Source of the DNA: Bdellovibrionota bacterium FG-2 | GTDB taxonomy: Bacteria > Bdellovibrionota > UBA1018 | DNA length: 20,955 nucleotides | Assembly: GCA_051382305.1 (NCBI GenBank) | Contig: JBBCAV010000308.1 | Coordinates: 1 to 20,955, forward strand | Reading direction: 5' to 3' | The notes under the pieces: generated by a model | Seen by the model: only the letters and a program-made list of their open reading frames with translations | Databases searched by the model: none | Told to the model about the DNA's origin: nothing | Shown here: positions 7,616-16,442 of the stretch, one piece after another | How positions within the stretch are numbered: position 1 is the first letter of the stretch | How the letters are laid out: each line of letters starts with the position of its first letter | Translations under genes and position numbers: made by a program

Positions 7616-8893
7616 ATGCTCACCTACGCCATCGACTTCGGAACTTCAAACTCACTTCTCGGCGCCGCCGACGAAAACGGACTGCGCGGATTTGCGCCGC
7701 TAGATCCCGATGCACAGGACCCGGCGGTCCTACGAAGCCTTCTCTATTTTCCAACCGCCGCAAACGTCTTTTACGGCGCCAAAGCGCTCCAAGAGTTTTC
7801 AGCTCACGATCACTCAGGCCGACTTATTCGATCGATTAAGAAACAGCTGCCAAGCCGACATTTCATCGGAACGTTTGTCGATAATCGCCCCTTTAATCTT
7901 GAAGATCTCATCGGCCTTTTTTTGGGTGAACTCAGACGCCGCGCGAACCTCCACTTTCAAGAGGACGTTACGCACGTCATCCTCGGACGCCCTGCCCGTT
8001 TCGCGCCCAACGAAGATGACGATCAATATGCCGAGCGGCGCTTGGAGCGCGCGGCGCGCATCGCGGGATTCACGGACATTGAATTTTTTCCCGAACCTGT
8101 TGCGGCCGCTTTTGGATACGGCCAAGCAGAAGGAGCAGGCCACACAGAGACCGTGCTTGCGGCTGACTTTGGGGGAGGGACTTCGGATTTCACGATCTAC
8201 AAACTAAACGCCGGCAAATTCAACGCCTCCGACGTCATTGCGATGGGCGGAGTTTCTGTTGCGGGAGACGCCTTAGATTCTGCTTTGATGCGAAAACGGA
8301 TTTCACCCCACTTCGGAACCGGGGTTCAATACAAAGTACCTTTTGGATCCAATATTCTCACCATGCCCGTTTATCTCATGGAGCGCATGTGCCACCCCGC
8401 AGAAATTTCGCTACTTCGAAAGCAAGACACCATGGAGTTCTTTAAGAACGTAAAGCAATGGTCCCTTGGAGCGACTGATCGCGCAAAAATCGATCGACTC
8501 TTTATCCTATTGAATGACCAGCTAGGATTACCCCTTTTTGAAACAGTGGAACAAACCAAGCGCGAGCTTTCAGCTTCACTCTCCACAAGACTTGAGTTCA
8601 AGTATCCAGAAATAGAAATCTCGGAACAAATTGCACGCTGTGAATTTGAAGATTACGCCGCAGATCCGTTTGAATCAATTGCAAAGTGTCTAGACGAGAC
8701 CCTAAAAAAGGCACAGATTCCCCTTCAACAGATTGATCGTGTCCTTTGCACCGGAGGAACGGCAAAAGTCCCATGGCTTCGCGAAGCGCTCACAAAGCGT
8801 TTTGGAAAGGAAAAGATTTTTGACCTGGATCCATTCAGAGGTGTCGCTCGAGGATTGATGGAGCGCGCCTATGAGAAAGCGCGAAACTCGTAA
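7616..8893 (+). CDS. yegD: Hsp70-family ATPase, YegD-like (no substrate-binding domain)
   Basis: AIDFGTSNS, GRLIRSIK, GRPARF, EPVAAA, DFGGGTSDF, TGGTAKVP; 425 aa, ending after the nucleotide-binding domain. Confidence 0.88.
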   Translation: MLTYAIDFGTSNSLLGAADENGLRGFAPLDPDAQDPAVLRSLLYFPTAANVFYGAKALQEFSAHDHSGRLIRSIKKQLPSRHFIGTFVDNRPFNLEDLIGLFLGELRRRANLHFQEDVTHVILGRPARFAPNEDDDQYAERRLERAARIAGFTDIEFFPEPVAAAFGYGQAEGAGHTETVLAADFGGGTSDFTIYKLNAGKFNASDVIAMGGVSVAGDALDSALMRKRISPHFGTGVQYKVPFGSNILTMPVYLMERMCHPAEISLLRKQDTMEFFKNVKQWSLGATDRAKIDRLFILLNDQLGLPLFETVEQTKRELSASLSTRLEFKYPEIEISEQIARCEFEDYAADPFESIAKCLDETLKKAQIPLQQIDRVLCTGGTAKVPWLREALTKRFGKEKIFDLDPFRGVARGLMERAYEKARNS

Positions 8894-8906
8894 CTCAAAA
8901 TTTTTC

Positions 8907-9659
8907 TTACACCTTCTCATCGTTCGCCTTTTTCAGCCGTTTCGAAAGGGTCACCATCAAGGATTTTGTCCACGAAGGCCGCTTAAAGAGAACATGCTCT
9001 AAGGTCGCCACGGGCACTTCAATCAACTCACATTCACTCATTGCCACAACATCTGCCGAACGAGGCTCTCCTCGAATATAGGCCATTTCCCTGACGAATT
9101 CGCCCGTCTCAATGAAACCCACCGTGACCTCTTTGTTCGAGACTTTTCGATAGGCACGCAGTCTGCCTTGTTTGACGATAAAAACGGACTCCCCTTTTTC
9201 GCCTTCACGAATTAGATGATCTCCGGGAGCTAGAAACTTTAGTGAAAACTCCGCCTTCGCATCGTGGCAAGAGTAGTTGAGGGCTCGTGCCAAACTTCGA
9301 TAAAGGGTCTCTTCGTCTTTTTCACTGCTCAAAAACTGAACGCGCCCCGTAGCCAACTCATCCAAATACTTTTCTTTTTTTGGCGGTTCTGCAAGTACGA
9401 TCACTGCAATATCGGGATGCGCTTCGTCGTGGAGCACAAGATCAATAAAACGCGTCACACTCAACTTCAGAATATCCGCGTCTACAAGGACCACACTCGG
9501 GGGTGCATTTTTGATTTTCGCCATACCTGAGGGCCCGTCACTCGCTGAATAAAGCGTGGGCTCCACGAAGTGCTGTTATATGACAGCTGAGATCGCCTCA
9601 AATTTGGCCGGATCACTTGTCGCGACCAAAAAGACCTTACTCTCATTTTCCTTGGCCAT
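8907..9659 (-). pseudogene. Receiver-like + cyclic-nucleotide-binding domain protein with in-frame TAA at codon 28
   Basis: ATG 9659 gives MAKENESKVFLVATSDPAKFEAISAVI*QHFVEPTLYSASDG..., in frame with ORF 8907..9566; TAA at 9576-9578. C-terminal CNB domain: LIREGEKGESVFIVKQG, EFVREMAYIRGEPRSADV (canonical GE reads RE). Confidence 0.7.
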
Positions 9660-9671
9660 AGCCTAATTCTC

Positions 9672-9686
9672 GCCCAAGGCTTGGGC
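9672..9686. repeat. Perfect 7-1-7 palindrome between the divergent cNMP genes
   Basis: GCCCAAG-G-CTTGGGC in the 81-bp divergent intergenic region. Confidence 0.6.
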
Positions 9687-9740
9687 CGCTACCAGATTTT
9701 TCTCCCCTAAAGCCAAAACCCATGGCAACATAAACATACA

Positions 9741-10229
9741 ATGTGCGCTCTCCCCTCTCAGCCTGCGGCAGCCAATCCGCAGCCCATTCTTCGAAAATAC
9801 AGAGCCGGAGAGTATTTATTTCACGAAGGAGATCAGTCAAAGAGCTTGTTCATCATTAAGAAAGGCTCCATCGGAATCCACAAACGAAAAGCGGGTGGCT
9901 ATGTGGAGCTTGGCAAAGTTCATCAAAACGAAGTTTTGGGCGAGCTCACATTTTTTGATCGGCAACCCCGCAGCGCTTCGGCCGTCGCCCTCACCGACGT
10001 GGAGTGCATGGAACTAACCTTCGCCTCGCTTGAGAAAATCTATGCCGGCATTCCGGCCTACATGAAGACAATCATGGCAGCGCTAGCAGAGCGCCTTCGA
10101 AAAACAAACGAACTTGTCAAACGCCTTCAACGCGAAGTCGTCACGGACAAAGATATTGCCGCTCTTGAAAAAAAGAAGCCCGAAGAAGTCGCTCCTGACG
10201 CCCCGCTTGAAACGCCCCCTAAGAAATAG
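9741..10229 (+). CDS. Stand-alone cyclic-nucleotide-binding domain protein (no HTH seen)
   Basis: YLFHEGDQSKSLFIIKKG, VLGELTFFDRQPRSASAVA (intact phosphate-binding cassette), C-helix LAERLRKTN. Exact start is uncertain. Confidence 0.88.
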   Translation: MCALPSQPAAANPQPILRKYRAGEYLFHEGDQSKSLFIIKKGSIGIHKRKAGGYVELGKVHQNEVLGELTFFDRQPRSASAVALTDVECMELTFASLEKIYAGIPAYMKTIMAALAERLRKTNELVKRLQREVVTDKDIAALEKKKPEEVAPDAPLETPPKK

Positions 10230-10686
10230 AAAGCTGCCTTATCGCCTCGTACACCGCGATACTTACGGTGTTTGATAGGTTCAAAGATCGCACGCGCGCA
10301 TCAAACATGGGAATACGAAACGTATCCAGTGGATACTGCCCAATCACCCACTCCGGCAATCCCATCGTCTCTTTTCCAAAAAAGAAATACGTCCCGGGCT
10401 CAAACTTGTGCTCATACAACGTTTTGCCCGACTTCTTGGAAAGAAAAACTTTGGGCGCATTCGGCGAAATAGATTCCAAGAACTCTTTCAATCCCGGATG
10501 ACGCTGAACTTTAAGATGTTCCCAATAATCCAGGCCCGCGCGTCGCAAACGGGCATGGGTTATCTCGAAACCCAGAGGCTCAATCAAATGAAGCGTGCAA
10601 CCGGTTGCCAGACAAAGACGCCCAATAGAGCCCGTGTTTTGAGGGATTTCTGGTTCAACCAAAACAACATGAAAATCAAATTCCAT
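10219..10686 (-). CDS. trmL: tRNA (cytidine/uridine(34)-2'-O)-methyltransferase (SPOUT)
   Basis: VLVEPEIPQNTGSIGRLC, LRRAGLDYW, FGKETMGLP, RSLNLSN. Confidence 0.95.
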   Translation of the reverse strand: MEFDFHVVLVEPEIPQNTGSIGRLCLATGCTLHLIEPLGFEITHARLRRAGLDYWEHLKVQRHPGLKEFLESISPNAPKVFLSKKSGKTLYEHKFEPGTYFFFGKETMGLPEWVIGQYPLDTFRIPMFDARVRSLNLSNTVSIAVYEAIRQLSIS

Positions 10687-10692
10687 GAAAAA

Positions 10693-12015
10693 CTAGGGTC
10701 TCAACGTCTGAAGCATTCGAGGATAAGGCACCGTTTCGCGCACATGATCCACACCCGTCATCCACGCTACCGTTCGCTCAAGGCCCAAACCAAATCCAGA
10801 ATGAGGAACCGACCCATAGCGACGAAGATCGAGATACCAAGAATAGTCCGACTCTCTCAAGCCGTGCTCCGCGATTCGTCTCTTGAGGACGTCCGCACTT
10901 TCTTCACGCTGACCCCCACCAATGATTTCGCCGTAACCATCCGGCGCAATAAGATCACAACCCAAGGCGTATTTTCCATTACCGGTCACGCCAGGGCCGC
11001 CCACCGTATCGGATTGCTTGAAATAAAACGCCTTAATCTGGGCAGGCATGTGATGCATGAACACAGGTTTACCGAATTCCTCGCCCAAGGCTGTTTCATG
11101 AGGCGCACCCAAATCGTCACCCCAGGGAATCCCTACTCCACGTTTTTCCAAAATCTTCAACGCTTCATCATAGGAAATTCGCGGAAAAGGTCCTTTGATG
11201 TTCTCAAGCTTGCTCAGATCCCGCTCGAGAATTTTCAACTCCGCAGCACGGCTGGCCAGAACACTTTGCACAATATGCTCAATGAACTGCTCCCCCAGCG
11301 CCATGTTGTCGTTCAGGTCATTAAAAGCAACTTCGGGCTCCACCATCCAAAACTCGGTCAGGTGTTTCCGCGTCTTAGATTTTTCGGCCCGAAAGGTCGG
11401 ACCAAACACATAAATCCGACCAAAAGCCATCGCGCCTGTCTCGCCGTAGAGCTGCCCGGACTGCGTCAGAAAAGCCTTCTCGTCAAAATAGGGCGTCGAA
11501 AAAAGAGTCGAAGTCCCCTCGCACGCACTGGGAGTTAAAATTGGCGCATCAAATCGAACAAACCCTTTTTTATCAAAAAACTCCTGAATCGCACGAATAA
11601 TCTCAGCCCGGACTCGCAAGGCCGCCCACTGCCGTTGACTCCGAATCCACAGATGGCGATTCTCCATCAGGAACTCCACGCCATGATCCTTCAAAGAAAT
11701 CGGATAAGGCTCAGCAATCGAAACCGTTTTCACGTACTGAACCCCCATCTCGTAGCCGCCCATCGAACGCGGCTCTTTGCGAAGGGTTCCGGTGACTTCG
11801 ACAGCCGACTCTTGCGTAAGTTTTTCAAACTCAACAAGCGAATCCTCCGTGCACTCTCCCTTAAAGAGCACACATTGCATAAGACCACTGCCATCTCGCA
11901 TAATCAAAAATTTGATCTTGCCTGAGCTCCGCTTGTTGTAAACCCAGCCTTTAATCGTGACGGTTTGGCCGTCATACTTGCCTGCATCTTGAATATAAAA
12001 ACGCTCCATACTCAC
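10693..12015 (-). CDS. asnS: Asparagine--tRNA ligase
   Basis: OB-fold (GWVYNKRSSGKIKFLIMRDGSG), FLTQSGQLY, FRAEKSKTRKHLTEFWMVEPE, GEIIGGGQRE, RYGSVPHSGFGLGLER. Start is likely GTG 12015 (GTGA overlap with the upstream stop) or ATG 12009, not 12075. Confidence 0.96.
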   Translation of the reverse strand: MSMERFYIQDAGKYDGQTVTIKGWVYNKRSSGKIKFLIMRDGSGLMQCVLFKGECTEDSLVEFEKLTQESAVEVTGTLRKEPRSMGGYEMGVQYVKTVSIAEPYPISLKDHGVEFLMENRHLWIRSQRQWAALRVRAEIIRAIQEFFDKKGFVRFDAPILTPSACEGTSTLFSTPYFDEKAFLTQSGQLYGETGAMAFGRIYVFGPTFRAEKSKTRKHLTEFWMVEPEVAFNDLNDNMALGEQFIEHIVQSVLASRAAELKILERDLSKLENIKGPFPRISYDEALKILEKRGVGIPWGDDLGAPHETALGEEFGKPVFMHHMPAQIKAFYFKQSDTVGGPGVTGNGKYALGCDLIAPDGYGEIIGGGQREESADVLKRRIAEHGLRESDYSWYLDLRRYGSVPHSGFGLGLERTVAWMTGVDHVRETVPYPRMLQTLRP

Positions 12016-12812
12016 GTCCCTTCTCTCAGTATTCTTGGTGGTAATCTCGCAAAACCTTTGGTCACTAAAGCACAAAAACCAATCAAAGCCAAAAACGACA
12101 CAAAACCCGAAAACCCCGAACCGCCAGGCCCGCCGCTACTTCCTGCGGCAACTGTCGCACAGCCAAAAAGCTTAGAATTTGAAAGCTCCTGCCGTGGATA
12201 AAGATAGGTCACCCCATCCACATCATCCATCGAGAGCCTGACCTCAGACTTATCGCTCGCATCAAAATACATGAGCGCATTGATATCAGCCGAATGCCCC
12301 AAACCTAAAATATGCCCCATTTCATGGGCAATCACGACGGCTACAAGATCGGCAGGAATATTCTTAAGATTCGCCGCCTTCTTGGCCTGCCCATTCAAAA
12401 GCATATAGGCAAACGTAATTCGACTCGTGGTGTCTGAAATCGAATTCACCATGGTCACAGCGGGAACATAGTTTCCGTCAAACCCGGAGGTGGCAGTAAA
12501 ATTCGGATCGCAAATGATCACAGGATTTCCAGGCGAAACTTTACTGGCGATATCAGAGGCGATCACACTGACCGAGTCCCCACGCAGAACCGTTAAGCGA
12601 CTCGTTGAGACCCCGTTCCAAACAGCAAACCCTTTATCAATCGCCGCGTTCAATTCATCCGCTGATATCGAACACCCATTATAATCCACATCGACTTGTA
12701 AAGTATTTGTATCCCAACCCAAATCCATGCTTCCAATATTCATCGTAAACGCCCGTGCGTTTTGGAAACTCAAGACACCCACTGCAAGCACGATCCCATA
12801 CACTCTTTTCAT
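12012..12812 (-). CDS. Secreted matrixin-family (M10 metzincin) zinc protease with C-terminal GC/Gly-rich/TM tail
   Basis: Signal peptide MKRVYGIVLAVGVLSFQNARA; HEMGHILGLGH zinc motif; ALMY Met-turn; LSMDDVDGVTYLYP; tail LFGCATV-AAGSSGGPGGSG-FSGFVSFLALIGFCALV-TKGFAR. Confidence 0.88.
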   Translation of the reverse strand: MKRVYGIVLAVGVLSFQNARAFTMNIGSMDLGWDTNTLQVDVDYNGCSISADELNAAIDKGFAVWNGVSTSRLTVLRGDSVSVIASDIASKVSPGNPVIICDPNFTATSGFDGNYVPAVTMVNSISDTTSRITFAYMLLNGQAKKAANLKNIPADLVAVVIAHEMGHILGLGHSADINALMYFDASDKSEVRLSMDDVDGVTYLYPRQELSNSKLFGCATVAAGSSGGPGGSGFSGFVSFLALIGFCALVTKGFARLPPRILREGT

Positions 12813-13405
12813 AAAAAGAAGATACTCACTGAGGCTAGCAAACTCACACTTCTACGTTGCGAAGAGAAAAAATCATGAACCCAAGCATCTAAATCCACGC
12901 GAATCCAGCGCCAGCCCCCCCCGATCCCCACATCCCAATACCCAGTCCACGAGCTATAAGAGTTAGCAGGTAGGGCAAAATAACTCTTAGTCGTCCCATT
13001 ATCGAGTTCAAGCTCACCCCCCGAACCCGCAACTCGATACATAAAAAGTCCCGGCCCGGTTTTAGCGTCCAAAAAATAAAATCTGTGTTTGTATCTCCCC
13101 GAAACGCCCAACATCGTAGTCTTCACACCTTTGTCGACGGAGATTTTTCCGAATGGAGTGTAAGTGGCCTGCACCATTATCGATCCATCAGGCACGGGAG
13201 AAGGCAAGCCGAAATCAGCGCCTAACGAAAACTGTGAAAGCACAACAGCGTTCGACGTGGACGCGCCGGTAATCGTGTTTGCCAAACGCCCCGTGCTGTA
13301 GGACATAACCCCGCCCCCCAGAAAGAGTGCGGGAAGATCAAAAGCAAGCGCAGTGGAACCACAAAATAGGGCGCACAAAAGAGCGAAGAAAATCTGAATT
13401 CGCAT
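12809..13405 (-). CDS. Probable small outer-membrane beta-barrel protein
   Basis: Start corrected to ATG 13405 (MRIQIFFALLCALFCGSTALA signal peptide, 4 nt after the pepA stop), 198 aa. Alternating Gly/aromatic amphipathic strands; hydrophobic C-terminal strand VSLLASVSIFFL. ATGA overlap with the matrixin gene. Confidence 0.65.
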   Translation of the reverse strand: MRIQIFFALLCALFCGSTALAFDLPALFLGGGVMSYSTGRLANTITGASTSNAVVLSQFSLGADFGLPSPVPDGSIMVQATYTPFGKISVDKGVKTTMLGVSGRYKHRFYFLDAKTGPGLFMYRVAGSGGELELDNGTTKSYFALPANSYSSWTGYWDVGIGGGWRWIRVDLDAWVHDFFSSQRRSVSLLASVSIFFL

Positions 13406-13409
13406 AGTG

Positions 13410-14981
13410 TTAGAAATCCGCCGCAAAACGAGCCAGCGTTCGAACGTACGCTCCACTTGCTCCTTTTTTAGGATAATAGGACAAGTGCGTAAGGTCTGAG
13501 GCCGTCGCAGCGATATCCAAGTGCGCCCAAGCCACGCCTTTGCGAATAAACTGCTTCAAGAAGATCGCTCCACGAATTGCACCGCCATAAGTATCGTTTG
13601 CGGAGTTTTTCATATCGGCACATTCGGACTTCAGATCCTCAAAATATTCATCAAACAGTGGCATTTCCCAAATCCGCTCGCCTTGCGAGTCGCCCGCCCG
13701 GCGCACAGAATCGATGAGGGAGTTTTCATTTCCAAAAATGGCGCAACAGAATTTTCCCAAGGCTACCGTGATTGCGCCCGTGAGAGTGGCAACATCCACG
13801 ATCGCATCAGGCTTAAAGTCATGAGCAAAATCTAAGACATCCGCCAAAATCAAACGCCCTTCCGCATCGGTATTAATGATTTCAACTGTTTTCCCAGCTC
13901 TTGAAGTGATGACGTTCCCAGGTTGAATTGCTCGCCCATCAGGCATGTTTTCGGTAAAAGCCATGATCCCAATCACACGATTAGGAACTTTCCACTTCGC
14001 CGCGAGCACGACAGCTCCCATGACGGTTGCCGCCCCTGTCATGTCATTTTTCATATTTTCCATTCGAAGGGAAGGTTTAAGCGAAATCCCTCCGCTATCA
14101 AAAGTAACGCCCTTACCCACAAAGGCGATCGTCTTTGCTGCTTTTCGCGCCTTGGATGATGGGAGGTACTCAACCACCACTACTCGCCCTTCGCGTTCCG
14201 ACCCCTGACCCACACCCAAGAAAAGCCCCATTTTCTCCCGCGCGACGTCAGCCTCGGTCAAAATTCTGCACTTAAGACCATGAAGACGGGCCACCTTCTT
14301 CGCTTCCGCGGCGTAAAACTCAGGCGTCCCAAAATTGGAGGGTTCATTGGACCAGTCGCGCGTTAGATTTACCGACTGCGCCACGGAGGAGACGTCAGAA
14401 AATTCCTTTTCCAGTTCCGATTTAAGCTTCTTGTTGTGCGTCACAAAAACAAACCTTGAAGGACCAGTTGAAATAAGGCTCTCAGAGCCGCCACTGTCGG
14501 ATTTTGCCTGCTTAGATTTGTGTTTAAGAAACTGGTAAGCCCCTAAAACCAACCCTTCGGCAAGAGCACGGGAAAGGTGCGTCGGACTAAGCTCTGACGA
14601 AACCCCTTTGGCATCAAGCAGCATATCCAGACAAATCGACACCGACTCCATTTTAGCGGACTTGAGTTTAGCCCAAAGACTTCCACCGGCCGATCGGAGT
14701 TTCTCGAGCGTCAGCTCAGAAGGCTGCCCTAGACCCACAAAAACAGCATTCGAGACGGCATCGCTCCCGCCAAAACGCACAAACTCAACTGAGCCCAAGG
14801 CGGCAGAAAATACCTCCTCTTTTCTAAGCCGCTCTCCCAAGGCTTGATAATGCCCCTTGGGAGGAACCCCCTTCTTGGCCGAGTCCTGAAAAACGAAAAC
14901 TGCTTCGCAGCTTAGTTTTCCGGGTCCTGAGAACATTCCTGATGACGAAACGGTTACGGTGAGCGATGGGGAAGCAGCCAT
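13410..14981 (-). CDS. pepA: Leucyl aminopeptidase (M17)
   Basis: VGKGVTFDSGG, MKNDMTGAA, NTDAEGRLILAD, ATLTGA, WAHLDIA; AGGAG SD. Confidence 0.96.
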   Translation of the reverse strand: MAASPSLTVTVSSSGMFSGPGKLSCEAVFVFQDSAKKGVPPKGHYQALGERLRKEEVFSAALGSVEFVRFGGSDAVSNAVFVGLGQPSELTLEKLRSAGGSLWAKLKSAKMESVSICLDMLLDAKGVSSELSPTHLSRALAEGLVLGAYQFLKHKSKQAKSDSGGSESLISTGPSRFVFVTHNKKLKSELEKEFSDVSSVAQSVNLTRDWSNEPSNFGTPEFYAAEAKKVARLHGLKCRILTEADVAREKMGLFLGVGQGSEREGRVVVVEYLPSSKARKAAKTIAFVGKGVTFDSGGISLKPSLRMENMKNDMTGAATVMGAVVLAAKWKVPNRVIGIMAFTENMPDGRAIQPGNVITSRAGKTVEIINTDAEGRLILADVLDFAHDFKPDAIVDVATLTGAITVALGKFCCAIFGNENSLIDSVRRAGDSQGERIWEMPLFDEYFEDLKSECADMKNSANDTYGGAIRGAIFLKQFIRKGVAWAHLDIAATASDLTHLSYYPKKGASGAYVRTLARFAADF

Positions 14982-15041
14982 GAATTTGGTCTCCTGATTT
15001 TTTGCCCTTTTTAAAGACTTTCATTAACATAGGGAGGAACC

Positions 15042-16442
15042 ATGTTGAAGCGCTATCACCATATTGTGGGAGGAACATTCCGAATTGTCGACGCCTGCGT
15101 CATTGGGGCGGCTTGGCTCATCTCCTATTGGATTCGTTTCTACGTGCCCCTGATCGAAGTTACGAAAGGATTTCCGTCCTTTGAAAAGTATGCGGCCCTC
15201 TCGCCACTCATCATGATCCTATGGATGGCAGTTTTTTCTGGAATGCGCGTCTACCAAAGCCGACGCATCCTCAGGCGCACGCATGAAGTACACCTCTTGC
15301 TGAAGGCCCATGGCGTCGCGATGCTCTTTTTCATCGCGCTTACTTACCTTTTTAGTGAGTATCGTTACTCGCGGGTAGTGATGCTATATTTTGGGCTTTT
15401 GGGCGGCCTTTTACTAATTACTTTTCGACTCACCCTTCGAAACGCTTTAAGAAATATTCGCCGCAAAGGTTATAATCTTAGGCACATCTTAGGAGTAGGC
15501 GAAGGTCCGGCTATTGAAACCGTCATCCAACGTTTAGATAAATTTCCAGAATTGGGCCTGCGTGTAGTGGGAGTGGTCACTCATGAATCCTCTCAAACGA
15601 AATCCGTATGCGGAAAACCCGTGATGGGGCATTTTTCTGAAATTGCAAAAACCGTTCGCGAATCGCGTGTGGACCAAGTTCTCGTCTCCCTCCCTCGTCA
15701 CCAGTTTGGAGATCTGGATCGTGTGTTGGGGTATTTAAGAGATTCCACCGTGGATTTGATGTTGGTGCCCGATATTCACGAATACGTAACACTGGGATGT
15801 GAAATCGAAGACTTCGAAGGCCTTCCCATCGTCAAACTCAATGATTCCCCTTTGGATGGGTGGGGTACTGTGGGCAAGCGAATCACCGACGCGCTGGTTT
15901 CTGGAGTCACCCTACTCCTACTCTCGCCGCTCCTGCTCGCAATTGCATGTTTGATCACGCTCACTTCACGCGGCCCCATCCTCTACCGCCAAGAACGAAT
16001 GGGCTTAGATGGCCGCACCTTCTCCATGCTCAAATTTCGATCGATGCGAACGGATGCGGAAGCCGAAACGGGCGCGGTCTGGGCGAGCCAAGGGGATGGC
16101 CGACGTACAGCGTTTGGAAGTTTCCTACGATCGACGAGCCTTGATGAACTCCCTCAGTTTTGGAACGTATTAGTGGGAGACATGTCGCTCGTAGGCCCCC
16201 GCCCTGAACGGCCTGTCTTCGTGAAACAGTTTAGAAACGAAATTCCTCTCTATATGTTGCGGCATAAGGTCAAAGCCGGAATCACGGGTTGGGCCCAAAT
16301 CCACGGATGGCGCGGAAACACCTCCTTGGATCGGAGGATTGAATGCGATCTTTACTACATCCGAAACTGGTCTTACGTGCTGGACTGGAAGATCCTATTC
16401 ATGACGCTGTGGAAAGGATTTGTGAATAAGAATGCCTACTAG
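15042..16442 (+). CDS. wcaJ: Undecaprenyl-phosphate sugar (glucose) phosphotransferase, WcaJ/WbaP family
   Basis: Four N-terminal TM helices, CoA-binding-like middle domain, KFRSM, SLDELPQFWNVLVGDMSLVGPRPERP, KAGITGWAQIHG, DLYYIRNWS; GGAGG SD. Confidence 0.93.
   Translation: MLKRYHHIVGGTFRIVDACVIGAAWLISYWIRFYVPLIEVTKGFPSFEKYAALSPLIMILWMAVFSGMRVYQSRRILRRTHEVHLLLKAHGVAMLFFIALTYLFSEYRYSRVVMLYFGLLGGLLLITFRLTLRNALRNIRRKGYNLRHILGVGEGPAIETVIQRLDKFPELGLRVVGVVTHESSQTKSVCGKPVMGHFSEIAKTVRESRVDQVLVSLPRHQFGDLDRVLGYLRDSTVDLMLVPDIHEYVTLGCEIEDFEGLPIVKLNDSPLDGWGTVGKRITDALVSGVTLLLLSPLLLAIACLITLTSRGPILYRQERMGLDGRTFSMLKFRSMRTDAEAETGAVWASQGDGRRTAFGSFLRSTSLDELPQFWNVLVGDMSLVGPRPERPVFVKQFRNEIPLYMLRHKVKAGITGWAQIHGWRGNTSLDRRIECDLYYIRNWSYVLDWKILFMTLWKGFVNKNAY

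Noticed and set aside
6642..9578. Genome-wide stop-codon reassignment as the explanation for the two in-frame stops
   Set aside because: TAG correctly ends mntA, hepT, trmL, asnS, wcaJ, lptF and rodZ; TAA ends ptsG, yegD, pepA and pilW. The two internal stops are also different codons.
10408..11538. 376-aa plus-strand ORF
   Set aside because: Antisense shadow of asnS/trmL with no recognisable domain or RBS.
7262..12015. Functional link between the HEPN RNase and nearby tRNA-related genes (trmL, asnS)
   Set aside because: They are in separate, oppositely oriented transcription units; proximity alone is not evidence.
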